From Giardia intestinalis (Eukaryota): DNA of 64,000 bases. Under the pieces are notes generated by a model. That model ran no database searches, had not been told where the DNA came from, and saw only the letters and a program-made list of their open reading frames with translations. Made by a program: the position numbers and the translations under genes. Below, in pieces: positions 61,539 through 64,000 of the stretch; the stretch's first letter is position 1; every line of letters starts with the position of its first letter. The DNA lies in the NCBI GenBank assembly GCA_000002435.2, contig CM018790.1, one strand, 5' to 3'.

Positions 61539-63974
61539 TTAATCTGTTATTACACGACGGTCGCTAGAGGGCGCGTTAGGCATGGTTATAGCACCAAAAG
61601 CTACAGATATGCGTGGCCTTCTCCTTTCTGCGTCATGGTTTGCCTTGAACGTGCTGCTTTCGGAGGAGTGGCCGGAGCTGTCTCTTCGTAGAGGTATAGA
61701 AGTAGCCGTTTTGGGGCGGACCATCTTCGAATACTTTTCAGATGTGAGTCGCCGCCCTCCACGTGCGTTGGGAATAGAATGAATACCGGTGTCTAATACT
61801 TCCAATAAATCAGGTGTTTGTTCCGATTGTAACCGCTTAATTTGCGCCTCCGGCCCAAATTCCGACAGTACAGAATCTGGATTAGGCATCCATTTCTCAG
61901 GAGGGTCAACGATTTTTCGAGAAGCAGCCTTGTTAAAAGAATAGAGCGGAGGCTTGTTTTGGCTTAACCGCTCCAAATATTTTGCCATCGTGGCTCCTTT
62001 GAAAGCCGTTCTATGTAATGGAAGCTCCACTTGCTCAACTACCCGTTGTTCGTTGTTGTATTCAACGTATACAGGTTGAAAATGCTCCTGAGGCTGTGTC
62101 TTTAATGAACATACTTGGGGAGGGATATGCCTTATTTTGTCAAGGAGGTTCTTAGCAAATGGGTGTTCCAAGAGGTGTGGTGCAATAACGTCTGTGGAGT
62201 CTTCGGGTACATGTGTGGCTGAATAGGGGGGGCGCCGCCTTAGGTACTCACGTTGATGTAACGCTTCGAGATCTATATGAAGGGGATGTTTCAAGGAAGG
62301 TATTGTCTTACACCCGCGTTCATAGATCACATCGTCGTGAGTAAGAGTTGCAGTGGCTCCATAGTCACTAGCATGAGTCAGTATAGCTCTGAGGCTAGAC
62401 TCATGGATATCTTCGGCACTGGGTCGCAGATCGGGGGGACCAAGCATCCGTAAAACAAGTGTGCGAATGTCTCGACTATAAATTGCAGAAAGCTGCTTTT
62501 GGACCCGTTCCATGTCAATCTGCTGATAATCTTCGAGACACATGAGCTCTAACACAGAGACTCCAAGTGCATAGATGTCCATTGCTGTGATATTATTTCC
62601 TTCTGCCATCTCCTTGGGCATATAGTTGGGTGTTCCAAGAATAGTTATTGTGCCCGAACCGTCGGGCAACAAAACTTTCTGTGATCTTGCTTTAAAGGTA
62701 GAATATGTATTCTGCGGAGGTTCGAGGTAGTATGGCAAAGTGTCACGTGCGCGCGGATTACACTGATCAAGCGTCGTTGTTAGCTTGGTAGGATAATTTG
62801 GATTGTTTGGATTGCACGAAATCTCCTCCCTTCTCCAAAGCTCCTCTAAGTCACGAAGCTGTTGTTCTTCGTCGTTAATCTTTGGCATAGCTGATTTTCC
62901 TCTATCTATTTGAAACGGGTTCTTCTTTGGAGAAGATTCTAGTCGAGCTTGGCTAACCTTTCCCAGTGAGCTAGTTGTTGCAGGCCGAAGGGCAACAGTT
63001 TGTGATATACTCCGTGTTCCAAACTTACCAAGAGTTGGCTTGATAAGCTTAAATTCAATATCGTCTTCAGATTCTACAGTTGCATACATATTGGTGCCCT
63101 CTGGAAATATGTTGCGTCTCTTTTCCAGCTCCTTTCTAATTTTATGATTACGAAGGGCTTTTTCAAAGGGATCCAATCTGGTGAATCGCGCCATGTTCTG
63201 AACATAATCAAACTTGCCATGGTCGATAGAATTTTGGCTTCTAGTGCTGACAGATGTGCGAGAAGAGTGAATGTAGTGTCGCCCAGGGCTATCCGATAGC
63301 ATCGGGGGAACAGACATATCCGGTCTGTTAATATTTGAGAGATCTGTCAAGCCACGCCGAAATGTTGGTGAGGCTGATTGCACATAGCTACCTACTAGAA
63401 GTGTATCTGGTCTGCTATCCGTAGGGATATTGATAGGTCGGTCGACTGTAATACTAATAGCCCGCGGGATTGGAAGGGACGGTGACGCGCTTCTAGAGAT
63501 ACTCCTTGAAGCAGTTCTAGATATACTTGGAGACGCACTCCGTGATGCACTGCGAGAGGTGTTCATGGACTGAGAGCCATAATTCGATCCACACAACGAC
63601 CCACTTCTGGAAGCAGCGCGGAGCTCCTCGCGAATTTCAGGATTGAGAATCGTACTATCACTCATGTGGCCTGTGACATTCTCGTATTCCTTTTGGATCG
63701 CCATCTGCTTATTAGGCGACCGAGCTGAGTAAGGAAGATTGTGATCCTCGTTATAGATCTTCTGGGCTGCAGTAGACATAACTTTCTTTCTGCCATCTAT
63801 ATGTGTATCCTCTGTTATATCATAGTAGATCCTGTTCTGAAGGGCTTGAAGAAAGGAAATTGTCGGTTGTTGACTAGGAGTAGTGACATCTACTCCAGGA
63901 GTGCATTCATAATCAGTATCTGGTAGCGAAGCGGTGTCTGTTGCATAATCACTAGGTATAAACTGGTTCGACAT
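61539..63974 (-). CDS. Hypothetical protein (811 aa) with a degenerate protein-kinase-like C-lobe segment
   Basis: S/T/R-rich low-complexity N-terminal half. Then ...ILGTPNYMPKEMAEG...DIYALGVSVLELM... resembles kinase subdomains VIII-IX, with no G-loop/VAIK/HRD upstream. ATG at complement(63972..63974). Confidence 0.6.
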   Translation of the reverse strand: MSNQFIPSDYATDTASLPDTDYECTPGVDVTTPSQQPTISFLQALQNRIYYDITEDTHIDGRKKVMSTAAQKIYNEDHNLPYSARSPNKQMAIQKEYENVTGHMSDSTILNPEIREELRAASRSGSLCGSNYGSQSMNTSRSASRSASPSISRTASRSISRSASPSLPIPRAISITVDRPINIPTDSRPDTLLVGSYVQSASPTFRRGLTDLSNINRPDMSVPPMLSDSPGRHYIHSSRTSVSTRSQNSIDHGKFDYVQNMARFTRLDPFEKALRNHKIRKELEKRRNIFPEGTNMYATVESEDDIEFKLIKPTLGKFGTRSISQTVALRPATTSSLGKVSQARLESSPKKNPFQIDRGKSAMPKINDEEQQLRDLEELWRREEISCNPNNPNYPTKLTTTLDQCNPRARDTLPYYLEPPQNTYSTFKARSQKVLLPDGSGTITILGTPNYMPKEMAEGNNITAMDIYALGVSVLELMCLEDYQQIDMERVQKQLSAIYSRDIRTLVLRMLGPPDLRPSAEDIHESSLRAILTHASDYGATATLTHDDVIYERGCKTIPSLKHPLHIDLEALHQREYLRRRPPYSATHVPEDSTDVIAPHLLEHPFAKNLLDKIRHIPPQVCSLKTQPQEHFQPVYVEYNNEQRVVEQVELPLHRTAFKGATMAKYLERLSQNKPPLYSFNKAASRKIVDPPEKWMPNPDSVLSEFGPEAQIKRLQSEQTPDLLEVLDTGIHSIPNARGGRRLTSEKYSKMVRPKTATSIPLRRDSSGHSSESSTFKANHDAERRRPRISVAFGAITMPNAPSSDRRVITD

Positions 63975-64000
63975 GAGTTTAGAATTGCTACGACTTGGCG

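Noticed and set aside
1-64000. CRISPR arrays, operons, toxin-antitoxin or other prokaryotic defence systems
   Set aside because: This is a eukaryotic (Giardia) sequence. There are no short direct-repeat/spacer arrays and no bacterial-type gene organisation.

Overview
This window looks like a compact, intron-poor protist genome, almost certainly Giardia intestinalis (Giardia lamblia). The evidence for that assignment is:
- A cysteine-rich CXXC surface protein ends in the canonical variant-specific surface protein (VSP) tail ...CRGKA and is followed by the extended VSP polyadenylation motif ACTTAGGTAGTAAAC.
- A second high-cysteine membrane protein (HCMP) is present.
- There are several NEK-type kinases with C-terminal ankyrin repeats, AT-rich initiator sequences directly upstream of ATGs, and AGTRAAY polyadenylation signals a few nucleotides after stop codons.
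- Gene spacing is tiny, including convergent 3' overlaps and a 33-bp divergent promoter.

The window is mostly protein-coding (about 30 genes on both strands). Recognisable products are:
- the C-terminus of V-ATPase subunit a
- a DEAH-box and two DEAD-box helicases, one of them Dhh1/DDX6-like
- a 20S proteasome alpha subunit
- two Kelch proteins
- two LRR proteins
- an Ncs6/Ctu1-like protein
- a metallophosphoesterase
- several NEK/ankyrin kinases
- five giant orphan proteins of 1100-2250 aa

The points I think most worth a second look:
- A ~1 kb GC-rich non-coding dispersed repeat occurs in two direct copies about 50 kb apart, with mosaic conservation: blocks at roughly 98-99% identity separated by diverged blocks with indels.
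- One repeat copy begins inside the 3' end of a NEK-ankyrin pseudogene that carries at least five frameshifts and sits next to the VSP gene.
- An orphan half-NBD ABC-transporter fragment follows the V-ATPase gene.
- The Ncs6/Ctu1-like protein lacks the SGGKDS PP-loop.
- There is a tandem pair of 7TM-like membrane proteins.

No prokaryotic-type systems (CRISPR, operons) are present. The ORF track uses alternative start codons, shown as M for TTG/GTG. Where that happened I moved the start to the first in-frame ATG.
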